Below are positions 1-7,943 of a DNA stretch of 64,000 nt, one piece after another. The number at the start of each line of letters is the position of its first letter. Within the stretch, counting starts at the first letter, position 1. Source of the DNA: an uncultured Desulfospira sp. (GTDB taxonomy: Bacteria > Desulfobacterota > Desulfobacteria > Desulfobacterales > Desulfobacteraceae). The stretch is from NCBI GenBank assembly GCA_963663165.1, contig OY760175.1, positions 2,336,001 through 2,400,000 of the forward strand, written 5' to 3'. The translations under genes and the position numbers were made by a program. Under the pieces are notes generated by a model. The model worked only from the letters and a program-made list of their open reading frames with translations, was not told the DNA's origin and searched no databases.

Positions 1-307
1 CCGCCATTTCATGGATCGAAAATTTAAAAAAGCGATTTCGGCCATTAACCTTGATCAGCACAAAAAAATTATTGGTGCTACAAATTTCAGCAACCCGACA
101 CGGCACTCACTTCGTCATTCCTTTGCTGTAAATACACTGAAACGAATTAAACAACAGGGCAAGTCTGCCCAAAATGCGTTGCCGGTGCTGGCCGCTTACA
201 TGGGACACAGCGAATACAAGTATACGACCAAATATCTGAGAGTTCTGGATGCAGAGCATCGCCGCCAAATGCTTGATTTTTCGATGTTGAGAAGTGAGGA
301 TGTATGA
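1..307 (+). CDS. Tyrosine recombinase, 3' part only (probable RitB of a RIT element)
   Basis: HSLRHSFAV...LPVLAAYMGH...TTKYL carries the HxxR, H and Y catalytic motifs. The frame is open to the window start and overlaps the next recombinase at ATGA. Confidence 0.85.
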   Translation, partial: RHFMDRKFKKAISAINLDQHKKIIGATNFSNPTRHSLRHSFAVNTLKRIKQQGKSAQNALPVLAAYMGHSEYKYTTKYLRVLDAEHRRQMLDFSMLRSEDV

Positions 308-1323
308 GATTATCCACCTGCCTGCATCAGTATTTTTATGAATACCTGCCCCATATAAAAGGGACCAGCGAACAAAGCATTAAAACTTACCAGCAGGCTT
401 TTTCTTTGTTTCTGCATTTTTTGGCGGATTATCATTCGATCAAAATCAAATCCTTGAAAATTGACCATTTAACACCTGACGCTGTTCTGGGCTTCCTGAA
501 TCATTTGGAAACAGACCGAAAAAATACCGTCCAGACCCGGAACAACCGCTTGGCCGTGATCAAGTCGCTGGCCAAGATGATCCGATTCATGCATCCGGAC
601 AAAAAACGAGTCGCAGAAGCTCTTTTGACCATCCCTCAGAAAAGGGCTCAAAAGAAGGTGATGGGATTTTTACACCCAGAAGAAATAATGAAAATTTTCA
701 GTGTCGTCGATTTAAAAAAGAAGGAAGGGATGAGAGATTTTACCATTCTCCATCTGCTTTACGACTCCGGTGCCAGAGCCAGCGAGATTGCCACACTGGA
801 ATTTGATTATTTTGATCCTGAAAACGAAACCATTGCGGTCCTGGGCAAGGGGAACCGATACAGGTTGATCAACCTGTGGTCCAAAACCGCATCACTGATC
901 TCAGACTATATCACCAATCATAGAGTAGCCCCCATCCCATTATTTGCACACCGGCTGTTCATTAATCAGCGGAGGCGGGGAATGACCCGGCATGGTATCA
1001 ACAAAATTTGCCGAAGATATCTGACAAAAGCATTGCCGGAAAAACGGTTGAAAGGTCTGAGTCCGGCCCATTGCTTCAGACATTCTTGTGCGGTTAATAT
1101 GGTGACTTCAGGGGCCCCCGTATCGGATATCAAAAATCGCCTGGGCCATCAAAGCGTTGAATCAACAATGGCTTATTTGCAGCTGGACTTGTCAAAAAAA
1201 CGGGAAATCCAGGATAAGCTCATTGAATATATGCAATCGAAAATAAATCAAGACAAGAAGATTGATGAGCTGATCGACTGGAAAAATAATGCTGAAATCC
1301 TTGCCTGGCTTGACAGTTTATGA
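304..1323 (+). CDS. Tyrosine recombinase (probable RitC)
   Basis: Catalytic motifs GARASE, GKG, HCFRH, LGH and TMAY are present. The N-terminal SAM-like domain has TRNNRLAVIKS. Confidence 0.9.
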   Translation: MRLSTCLHQYFYEYLPHIKGTSEQSIKTYQQAFSLFLHFLADYHSIKIKSLKIDHLTPDAVLGFLNHLETDRKNTVQTRNNRLAVIKSLAKMIRFMHPDKKRVAEALLTIPQKRAQKKVMGFLHPEEIMKIFSVVDLKKKEGMRDFTILHLLYDSGARASEIATLEFDYFDPENETIAVLGKGNRYRLINLWSKTASLISDYITNHRVAPIPLFAHRLFINQRRRGMTRHGINKICRRYLTKALPEKRLKGLSPAHCFRHSCAVNMVTSGAPVSDIKNRLGHQSVESTMAYLQLDLSKKREIQDKLIEYMQSKINQDKKIDELIDWKNNAEILAWLDSL

Positions 1324-1502
1324 TCCATTGAGGTAGCCTTTTGCTATCTTTAAAGCGGTATGTAGTAAAACAAAAAATTATGTTGCCAGTGATTATGAAA
1401 AATTTTATAATCCACTGTAACTCATTGAATTTAAAAGTCGATATTGATTTGCACAGCGGGTGTTTGAATTTATCATAAAAATCAATGAGTTATGACCACT
1501 CG

Positions 1503-1524
1503 CAACATAAGTCTATTTATGTTG
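1503..1524. repeat. Inverted repeat CAACATAA-gtctat-TTATGTTG (tyrosine recombinase core-like site)
   Basis: Perfect 8 bp arms around a 6 bp spacer, read directly. Confidence 0.65.
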
Positions 1525-1608
1525 TGTGCAACCTTTGCCAGTAAAGGCGTTGACTTCTTATGTCATTGAGTGCTCGGATCGGAAATTCGGAAGATCAAAT
1601 TAAGCTTT

Positions 1609-1675
1609 TGAGGTGAAGACTACCTACGTAACATTGTCCGCTTTTCAGGTGAACGAACCCACCAGACTATCCTGT
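1609..1675 (+). repeat. Bipartite inter-module site, copy A
   Basis: TGAGGTGAAGACTAC-N40-AGACTATCCTGT. Confidence 0.7.
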
Positions 1676-1716
1676 AATTCAGGCTCGTTCCAATATCAAA
1701 AATGATGTCGCCGATA

Positions 1717-2759
1717 TTATTTTTTGCCTTTTATTTTCTTTGAGGTTTCTATTTGTTTTACCGCCTTATCGAAGTCGCTCAGTTCATTTTTTGAAGAGAT
1801 CAAACGCCGGGCATGAAATTTTTCATACTCATTTTCAGCCGTCTGCTTTGCCGATTCATGGGAAATTTTTCCCGCATGGTTCAAAATGTCCCGATCATTG
1901 ATCGAAAGAAAACCATCCAGCTTTTTAATCCAGTCTTCCATATACATGGGAATACGGCGCATGGCCTGGCCTTGTGCAAAAATAAGGTATTGTTCAACCA
2001 AATTATTTAAGGCCGCTAATTCGTCTTCATTGAGGTAATTTTTTGCAATGACAACGTCCTGCTTGCGGACCTTTGTCCCCCGGTAATTGGTCAGCCCCAT
2101 ATTGGGTTTATCAGCATCAACCCGGGAATGAATAATCTCAGCGGCTGTTTGGCCGGTTATGGCCCAGTGCATCTTGTTTTGGACTGTCTTAAAAAATGAA
2201 ATACTGATATCCATGGTGGGATCATAATCTATGCTGTGGCATAAATATCGGTAATTTTCTGATAGAACCGACGCTCGGACGTCCGTATATCCTGAATCCG
2301 CCGTTCCAGTTCCTCAAAGTAATCAAAGGGAAGGTCTGGATTTTTCAAACGGTCATCGTCCAGAGTAAACCCTTTGATAATATATTCCTTGAGCCGTTCC
2401 GTTGCCCAGATACGAAAACGGGTGGCCACACGGCTTTTTACCCGGTAACCAACGGATATGATCATATCCAGATTATAGTAATCCAGCAGGCGCTTTACGT
2501 CTCGGTTCCCTTCCCTGCGAACCGTCAAATATTTTTTGACAGTTGCCTCCGGCGCCAACTCACTTTCTTCATAAATTGAATTAATATGATGGCTTATATT
2601 CTGCTTTGAACTTTGAAACAGATCTGCCATCAACTGCTGGGTTAACCATACAGATTCATCCTCAATCCGGACATCTAACTTAAGCCGGCCATCTTCGTCC
2701 TGATAGACCAAAAACTGTCCTTTGGATGGTGTGTTTTCTTGCGGTGTGTCCCCGGCCAT
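1717..2759 (-). pseudogene. rhuM: RhuM-family protein split by a 1 bp frameshift
   Basis: ORFs 2229-2759 and 1717-2214 are the two halves (YYNLDMIISVGYRV, IRTSERRFYQK, TVQNKMHWA). Adding one base near 2236 restores DIYATSIDYDP. Confidence 0.85.
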
Positions 2760-2970
2760 TAATCAGTCTCCCATATTTCTTATAAACTCCGGGCCATCCT
2801 ACTTACCCGCCTGCATTTAAATATGGCACCCCGAATTGCACCTATTATTAAGAGTGTTATTCTAATTTTATTGTACACGCTAAGCCGACATCAGAACAGC
2901 ATACGTTTTAAATTATTTGCACTGTTAGGTGAGTTGATATGAAAAATTCGGCAGCCATGATAGAGACTTT

Positions 2971-3037
2971 TGAAGCGAGGACTACTTATTCGATCGGTTT
3001 TGTTTTTCAATAGACAATTGCCATAGACTTTCCCTGT
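2971..3037 (+). repeat. Bipartite inter-module site, copy B
   Basis: TGAAGCGAGGACTAC-N39-AGACTTTCCCTGT. Confidence 0.7.
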
Positions 3038-3157
3038 TACTCCTGAGCATTTCTATAGTAGACATAAAGGCATTAGATCAATACAAAGATTGACAATTAT
3101 TGTATTTTGACTATTATGATATGTAGTTGTTTTTATTTAAAGAAGAGGAGGGCAGAT

Positions 3158-3406
3158 ATGCATATCTCATTGACCCCTGAGCTTGAAAACACAGTTAAAC
3201 AAAAAGTAGCATCAGGTTTTTATAACAACGCAAGTGAAGTTATTCGGGATGCTCTGCGGTTCTGGGAAAAAAACGAAGAATTGGTTCAGCATATGAAACT
3301 TGAATTGTTAAAAGAACGCCTGGCGACTGGTGCTGAGGAAGCCAGACAAGGAAAATTTGTGGCGCAGTCTGTAAGCGAAATTATTGATGAGGCCAGGGAT
3401 GCCTGA
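3158..3406 (+). CDS. parD: Type II antitoxin, ParD family (ribbon-helix-helix)
   Basis: MHISLTPELE...SGFYNNASEVIRDALR. GAGGAGG SD lies before ATG 3158. Confidence 0.9.
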   Translation: MHISLTPELENTVKQKVASGFYNNASEVIRDALRFWEKNEELVQHMKLELLKERLATGAEEARQGKFVAQSVSEIIDEARDA

Positions 3407-3692
3407 ATACCGTCTGACGCCTTCGGCAAAATCAGATTTGATTGAAATTTGGAATTATACTGTTCAAACATGGGGTGAGAAACAAGCTGACAAATATCTT
3501 CAATATATTGAAGATACGCTTAATGAACTCGCTGCCAATCCTGGGCTTGGTAGGCAGCGACCGGAAATCTGTCCAGGATATTATTCCTTTCCAGCGCGAA
3601 AACACATAATCTTCTATCTTAACTCAGGCCGTCACATTGATATCATTGGTATCTTACATGGAAAAATGGATATTGATAAAAACTTAATGTGA
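3399..3692 (+). CDS. parE: Type II toxin, RelE/ParE family
   Basis: YRLTPSAKSDLIEIWNYTVQTWG...HIIFY...IIGILH. Overlaps the antitoxin stop. Confidence 0.9.
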   Translation: MPEYRLTPSAKSDLIEIWNYTVQTWGEKQADKYLQYIEDTLNELAANPGLGRQRPEICPGYYSFPARKHIIFYLNSGRHIDIIGILHGKMDIDKNLM

Positions 3693-3757
3693 GGTGTGGA
3701 CTACTCGTCTGGCAGATCTAATTTTTTAACCGGATGAATACCCAAGACTATCCCTGT
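3690..3757 (+). repeat. Bipartite inter-module site, copy C
   Basis: TGAGGTGTGGACTAC-N40-AGACTATCCCTGT. Begins at the parE stop codon. Confidence 0.7.
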
Positions 3758-3783
3758 TTCATATCGGTGCTTGTATCTTTTAT

Positions 3784-3818
3784 TTGACTTTCTGTATTCG
3801 AACGATTACATATTCAAT
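3784..3818 (+). promoter_or_regulatory. Putative promoter/operator of the toxin-first TA pair
   Basis: TTGACT at 3784, then the imperfect palindrome TGTATTCG-aa-CGATTACA (3793-3810) just before ATG 3819. No SD is visible. Confidence 0.45.
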
Positions 3819-4115
3819 ATGTACATAGTTAAAACATTACCCGAATTTGACAAATGGCTTGACAGCTTGAAAGACCGTATAACAAGGCTTCGCCTAAGCC
3901 GCCGTCTTGATAAAGCACAGCGTGGCAACCTTGGTGATGTGAAGCCTGTTGGAGAAGGTGTCTTTGAGATGAGGGAACATTTTGGTCCGGGCTGGCGGAT
4001 GTATTACACCAAGCGGGGAGACACTTTGATCGTCATGCTTGGTGGGGGAGATAAGAGCAGCCAGGAAAGTGATATTGCCAGGGCCAAACAGCGGGAAACC
4101 ACTTTGGAGGATTGA
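3819..4115 (+). CDS. Addiction module killer protein (HI1419-like, RelE/HigB superfamily)
   Basis: EFDKWLDSLKD...GNLGDVKPVGEGVFEMREHFGPGWRMYY...LGGGDKSSQESDI. Confidence 0.9.
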   Translation: MYIVKTLPEFDKWLDSLKDRITRLRLSRRLDKAQRGNLGDVKPVGEGVFEMREHFGPGWRMYYTKRGDTLIVMLGGGDKSSQESDIARAKQRETTLED

Positions 4116-4118
4116 ATT

Positions 4119-4421
4119 ATGAAAAAACGAATTGCAGACCTGCCGGATTTTGATATGGCACAGCAGCTTAAAAGCGAAGAAGATATTGCTGCTTACATCA
4201 CCATGGTGATTGAAGATGGGGATGCTGCCGAATTAGCCCATGCCCTGGGGGTAGCTGCCAAGGCCCGTGGTATGAGCGAAGTTGCTAAATTGACAGGAAT
4301 AACCCGCGAAGCTTTGTATAAAGCGCTTAAGCCAAACGCCAAACCTCGATTTGACACGATTAACAAGGTGTGTGCGGCCCTCGGAGTTCGCCTGGTAGCT
4401 CAGCCTGCCAAATCTCATTAA
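4119..4421 (+). CDS. Addiction module antidote protein (HI1420-like HTH)
   Basis: FDMAQQL...ALGVAAKARGMSEVA...REALYKAL...PRFDTI. Confidence 0.9.
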   Translation: MKKRIADLPDFDMAQQLKSEEDIAAYITMVIEDGDAAELAHALGVAAKARGMSEVAKLTGITREALYKALKPNAKPRFDTINKVCAALGVRLVAQPAKSH

Positions 4422-4518
4422 GGATTTCAACAACAGTGCCGACTTGCCCAATCACCAGCCCTCGTTTAGATAAATTTTCAACAAGTGCTACAACATCATA
4501 AATCTTTATATTTTCATT
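4420..4518 (-). pseudogene. DUF4926-like protein, N-terminal remnant
   Basis: Manual translation gives IKIYDVVALVENLSKRGLVIGQVGTVVEIL. There is no in-frame ATG, and similarity ends at the antitoxin stop. Confidence 0.65.
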
Positions 4519-4531
4519 ATTCTACCTGCCT

Positions 4532-4699
4532 TTATTTGACGTAACAAGTTGTTAGTCTTGGGTTTGATTCATTTCGTTTAATAATCCAACTTGTGCGTAC
4601 AACAGCTTTTTTCGATTCATATTGAATTTCGATATCGGCTGTGTAGCGTTGACCATATTGATCCTGTTCACCTTTTAGACAATCTACTTTTATCATCAT
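4532..4699 (-). pseudogene. DUF6883-like protein, C-terminal remnant (55 aa)
   Basis: Manual translation gives MMIKVDCLKGEQDQYGQRYTADIEIQYESKKAVVRTSWIIKRNESNPRLTTCYVK. Confidence 0.65.
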
Positions 4700-4709
4700 T
4701 GTTTTTATT

Positions 4710-5141
4710 CGATTTGATTACACCGCCATGGGAGACAATGTCAATTTAGCCTCCCGCCTTGAAGGGGCCAATAAAAATTACGGCACCACCATCCTGATAT
4801 CCGAATCCACCCGGGACCGGGTAAAAGATCAATACTTTTGCCGGTTTATTGACAAGGTTCAGGTCAAGGGCCGGCAGCAGCCGGAAAACCTTTTTGAACC
4901 CCTGTGCCAGGGCCGGCCGGCCCCTGAGGTCATAGAAAAAATAAAAACCTTTGAAACGGGCGTCACCGCCTATCAGCAGGGAAACTTCAAACAGGCCAAA
5001 GAGATCTTTTCTGCCCTGGATCAGGAGAATCCCTCCCAGCTTTACCTGTCCTATCTGAACCGGATCAATGGCTATCTGGAAACGGCCGTGCCTCCCAACT
5101 GGGACGGCACCGGGAGCGGCTGCCGATGGTCAACCGCTTAG
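4710..5141 (+). pseudogene. 3' fragment of a class III adenylate/guanylate cyclase
   Basis: RFDYTAMGDNVNLASRLEGANKNYGTTILISE...VKG...PPNWDG. The N-terminal catalytic part is absent and GC rises sharply at about 4710. Confidence 0.85.
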
Positions 5142-5159
5142 AGACCAAATAGAATTAGC

Positions 5160-6611
5160 CTAATTCCCTTCCTGATCGGAGATCAGGCGCAGCTTGCGCC
5201 ACAGCGCGGCCCGGCTGATGCCGAGAAGCTCGGCCGCCTTTGTTTTGTTGCCGCCGGTCATTTCAATGGCTTTGAGAATGTGGTTGTACTCCATTTGCTG
5301 GATGGTCAGAAAGGCGGCCTCTTCCTCTTGCAGCTCTTCAGGGGTTTTGACCCTGAGCCTGTCCGGCAGATGTTCAACCGCCATATCCTCTCCCCGGGCC
5401 CGCAAAAATGCGTTTTCAATGATGTGCTTGAGTTCCCGGACGTTTCCGGGGAAATCGTAGGATTTAAACGCCGACAGCACCTCATCGGGCAGGGTGATCA
5501 TTCTGCCGAATTCCTGATTCAGCCGGTCCAGAAAAAACCGGCAAAGCAATGCCAGATCGTCTGTGCGCCGGCGCAAGGGGGGGATCTCAATTTCCATGGC
5601 CCGCATCCGGCTGAAAAGATCCATGGGAAATTTCCCCTCCTTAACCCTTTCCTGAATGTTCTGCTGGGCTGCCACAATAAAGCGGATATCCATGGAAAAA
5701 TCAGAAGTATCCCTCTTTTTGTCTATGATCCCGAGCATTTCACGCTGTATATCCTCAGGCATATTTTCAATATGATCCAGCAGGATGGTTCCGGAAAAGA
5801 CCGGGGGTTTTTCCAGACCGGATTTGGGATTAAAGGAAACCGGTTTAGGGGTATCATCATAGGCCGCCACCAACTCGGCAAAGCGGAAATCTTTGCTGAA
5901 ACATCCGCAGTCAAATGCCAGGAATTTTTGATGCCGGCGGCGGCTCAAGGCATGGATGGTCCGGGCCGCCAGTTCCTTTCCCGTGCCGATTTCACCCTTA
6001 ATAATGACGGCGCAGTCCATTTCGGCAATCCTTCTGATATTTTTTTTCAGTCGAAGGACCTGCTCGGTTTCGCCCACGATTTCCAATAAAGGGCCGGTTG
6101 CCCCGGGCCGGTTGCCCGTATCCGTCCCTGCCGAACTTAAGCCGTCACCCGGATATTCATGGGCGGCTGAAATTTCCACCCGGCCCGATGATCCGGCCGC
6201 CGGTGCATTGTTTCTTGACGGGGACGGCTTGATGACGATGGTTTTCCCCTCATCTTCCCAATGTTTGATCATGTCCCACAACCCGCCCATGGAATCCTTT
6301 TCAACGTATACGGATCCTAAAGCTTCGGTGGCCTGCTTAACCTTTTCATTGCCGTAACCGGTCAAAAGGACGGTTCTCAAATCGGGCAGAATTTCCTTTA
6401 ACTTTGTAATCGTCACCAGGCCGTCCATATCCGGCATTTTCAGATCCACAATGGCCAGATCAATGTGTATCCCCCTTGCAATCTCGAGTGCCTGAAGGCC
6501 GGACAAGGCCTTTAACGGGGTAAGCCCCAAAAGGGAAATCCGCTTGGATATGGAATCGAGCAGCCGCTCCTCATCATCCACCAGCAATATGGTCTTCTCT
6601 GATAAGGTCAC
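5160..6611 (-). CDS. NtrC-like response regulator (REC, degenerate AAA+, Fis-type HTH)
   Basis: REC (LVDDE, DLKMP), GEIGTGKE, FPGNVRELKH and C-terminal GNKTKAAELLGISR. No GAFTGA. Confidence 0.9.
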   Translation of the reverse strand: MTLSEKTILLVDDEERLLDSISKRISLLGLTPLKALSGLQALEIARGIHIDLAIVDLKMPDMDGLVTITKLKEILPDLRTVLLTGYGNEKVKQATEALGSVYVEKDSMGGLWDMIKHWEDEGKTIVIKPSPSRNNAPAAGSSGRVEISAAHEYPGDGLSSAGTDTGNRPGATGPLLEIVGETEQVLRLKKNIRRIAEMDCAVIIKGEIGTGKELAARTIHALSRRRHQKFLAFDCGCFSKDFRFAELVAAYDDTPKPVSFNPKSGLEKPPVFSGTILLDHIENMPEDIQREMLGIIDKKRDTSDFSMDIRFIVAAQQNIQERVKEGKFPMDLFSRMRAMEIEIPPLRRRTDDLALLCRFFLDRLNQEFGRMITLPDEVLSAFKSYDFPGNVRELKHIIENAFLRARGEDMAVEHLPDRLRVKTPEELQEEEAAFLTIQQMEYNHILKAIEMTGGNKTKAAELLGISRAALWRKLRLISDQEGN

Positions 6612-6614
6612 AGG

Positions 6615-7415
6615 CTACTTTCTCTTGGGATGGTCCATGGCCACAGCATCATCCACATCGCCGCCCTGGGCCATGCCGGCTGCGGCCATGGTGGATTCAA
6701 GCTTGTTTAATATCTTCCGGAATACCCCCCAGAAACTGCCCATGTCTTCTTTATCAAAATAAAAGGAATTCAGGGCTTCGGTGGCTTCCTTGAGCTTGTC
6801 GTCCCCGTGGCCGGTTAAGAGCAGGGTTTGTACCGACGGGTCAATCTTTTTCAACCGGGTGATCAGCACCAGCCCTTCCATATCCGGCATTTGCTGATCC
6901 ACAATAGCCAGGTGAACCTTTGTGGTTTCCATGATCTTCAGGGCTTCGCTCCCGTTCAGGGCGGTTAAGGGGTCATACCCTTTTAAACGGATCCGGTCGG
7001 CCAGGGTGTTGAGGAACTTGGGGTTGTCATCCACCAGAAGGATATTGACATTCCCCAAAGACAGATTGGCCAGAAAGGTCCAGAAATCCGCAATATTTTC
7101 CTTGTCAAAATAAGAGGAGTTCAGGGCCTGGGTGGCCTCTTTGAGTTTTTCATCCCCGTGGCCCGTCAACAGCAGGGTCTGGATATCCGGGGAGAGTGCC
7201 TTTAATTTGGTGATCACCACCAGGCCTTCCATGTCCGGCATCTGCTGGTCCACTACGGCCACATGAACCGTTTCTTTGGCTGCAATTTCAAGGGCAGCCG
7301 CACCGTTTTCTGCGGTCAGGACATTGTAGCCCTTGAGTTTGGCCCTGTCAGCCATGGAGTTTAAGAACTTTACATTATCATCTACCAGCAACAGTGTGAT
7401 TTTATTTTCATTCAT
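6615..7415 (-). CDS. Tandem double receiver-domain protein
   Basis: Two copies of LLVDDN...VDQQMPDMEGLV...LLTGHG. Confidence 0.9.
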   Translation of the reverse strand: MNENKITLLLVDDNVKFLNSMADRAKLKGYNVLTAENGAAALEIAAKETVHVAVVDQQMPDMEGLVVITKLKALSPDIQTLLLTGHGDEKLKEATQALNSSYFDKENIADFWTFLANLSLGNVNILLVDDNPKFLNTLADRIRLKGYDPLTALNGSEALKIMETTKVHLAIVDQQMPDMEGLVLITRLKKIDPSVQTLLLTGHGDDKLKEATEALNSFYFDKEDMGSFWGVFRKILNKLESTMAAAGMAQGGDVDDAVAMDHPKRK

Positions 7416-7476
7416 ATTTCACCTCATTGGTTTGCCCTGTCAAGGGTGTGTGCAAAACATTTAACTGCCATTGGCC

Positions 7477-7905
7477 TTAGTGACCGCCGCCTCCGAGCAA
7501 TCCGGATGCCGCCACCAGGAGGACAATAATTTCCAGAATGGCGATGGTCGTATAAATCCAGTCCTTTTTAGCCAAAAACCCCTTTACCAGTACTGTGTAG
7601 CAGACAACCGTCATCAGGGCAAGCAAAGCAAACCCCAGGTAATTTAAAAAATCCCCCTGACCGATGAGATGGACCCAGTCCCATCCATGGGGGGAATGGG
7701 TCAGCTCAAGATACTCGTTTACCCCTTTGCCCCAAAGCGTGGTTACCGTGTGGATATCCACATGAGGGGGCAAAACACCAAAAACATAAACAAAATAGGT
7801 CGCAAACAACAATGCAATCCCGAACCAGACACCGATCACCAGGATATTTGCATAAATGATCTGTTCTTTGGAAGGCCGCATTGCCTGATTATCCTGTTCA
7901 CTCAT
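7477..7905 (-). CDS. DUF1634-type membrane protein
   Basis: Three hydrophobic segments and PHGWDW...GDFLN, directly downstream of a TauE-family gene. Confidence 0.75.
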   Translation of the reverse strand: MSEQDNQAMRPSKEQIIYANILVIGVWFGIALLFATYFVYVFGVLPPHVDIHTVTTLWGKGVNEYLELTHSPHGWDWVHLIGQGDFLNYLGFALLALMTVVCYTVLVKGFLAKKDWIYTTIAILEIIVLLVAASGLLGGGGH

Positions 7906-7943
7906 TTTTATATTTTCACTCCTTTTTTTAAATTTATGGCAGA

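Larger units (their letters stand above)
1..1530 (+). mobile_element. Right part of a probable RIT (recombinase-in-trio) element
   Basis: Two coupled tyrosine recombinases followed by TTATGTTG/CAACATAA repeats at 1378-1385, 1503-1510 and 1517-1524. A first recombinase would lie outside the window. Confidence 0.65.

Noticed and set aside
1503..1524. Chromosomal dif site
   Set aside because: The right arm is TTATGTTGTGT rather than TTATGTTAAAT, and it lies at a recombinase element end.
2824..2840. Sigma54 promoter TGGCAC...TTGCA
   Set aside because: GG-to-GC spacing is 11 bp, not the required 10.
1609..3757. Reading the three bipartite sites as integron attC sites or CRISPR repeats
   Set aside because: They lack RYYYAAC/GTTRRRY ends and a consistent long hairpin, whole genes lie between copies, and there are no intI or cas genes in the window.
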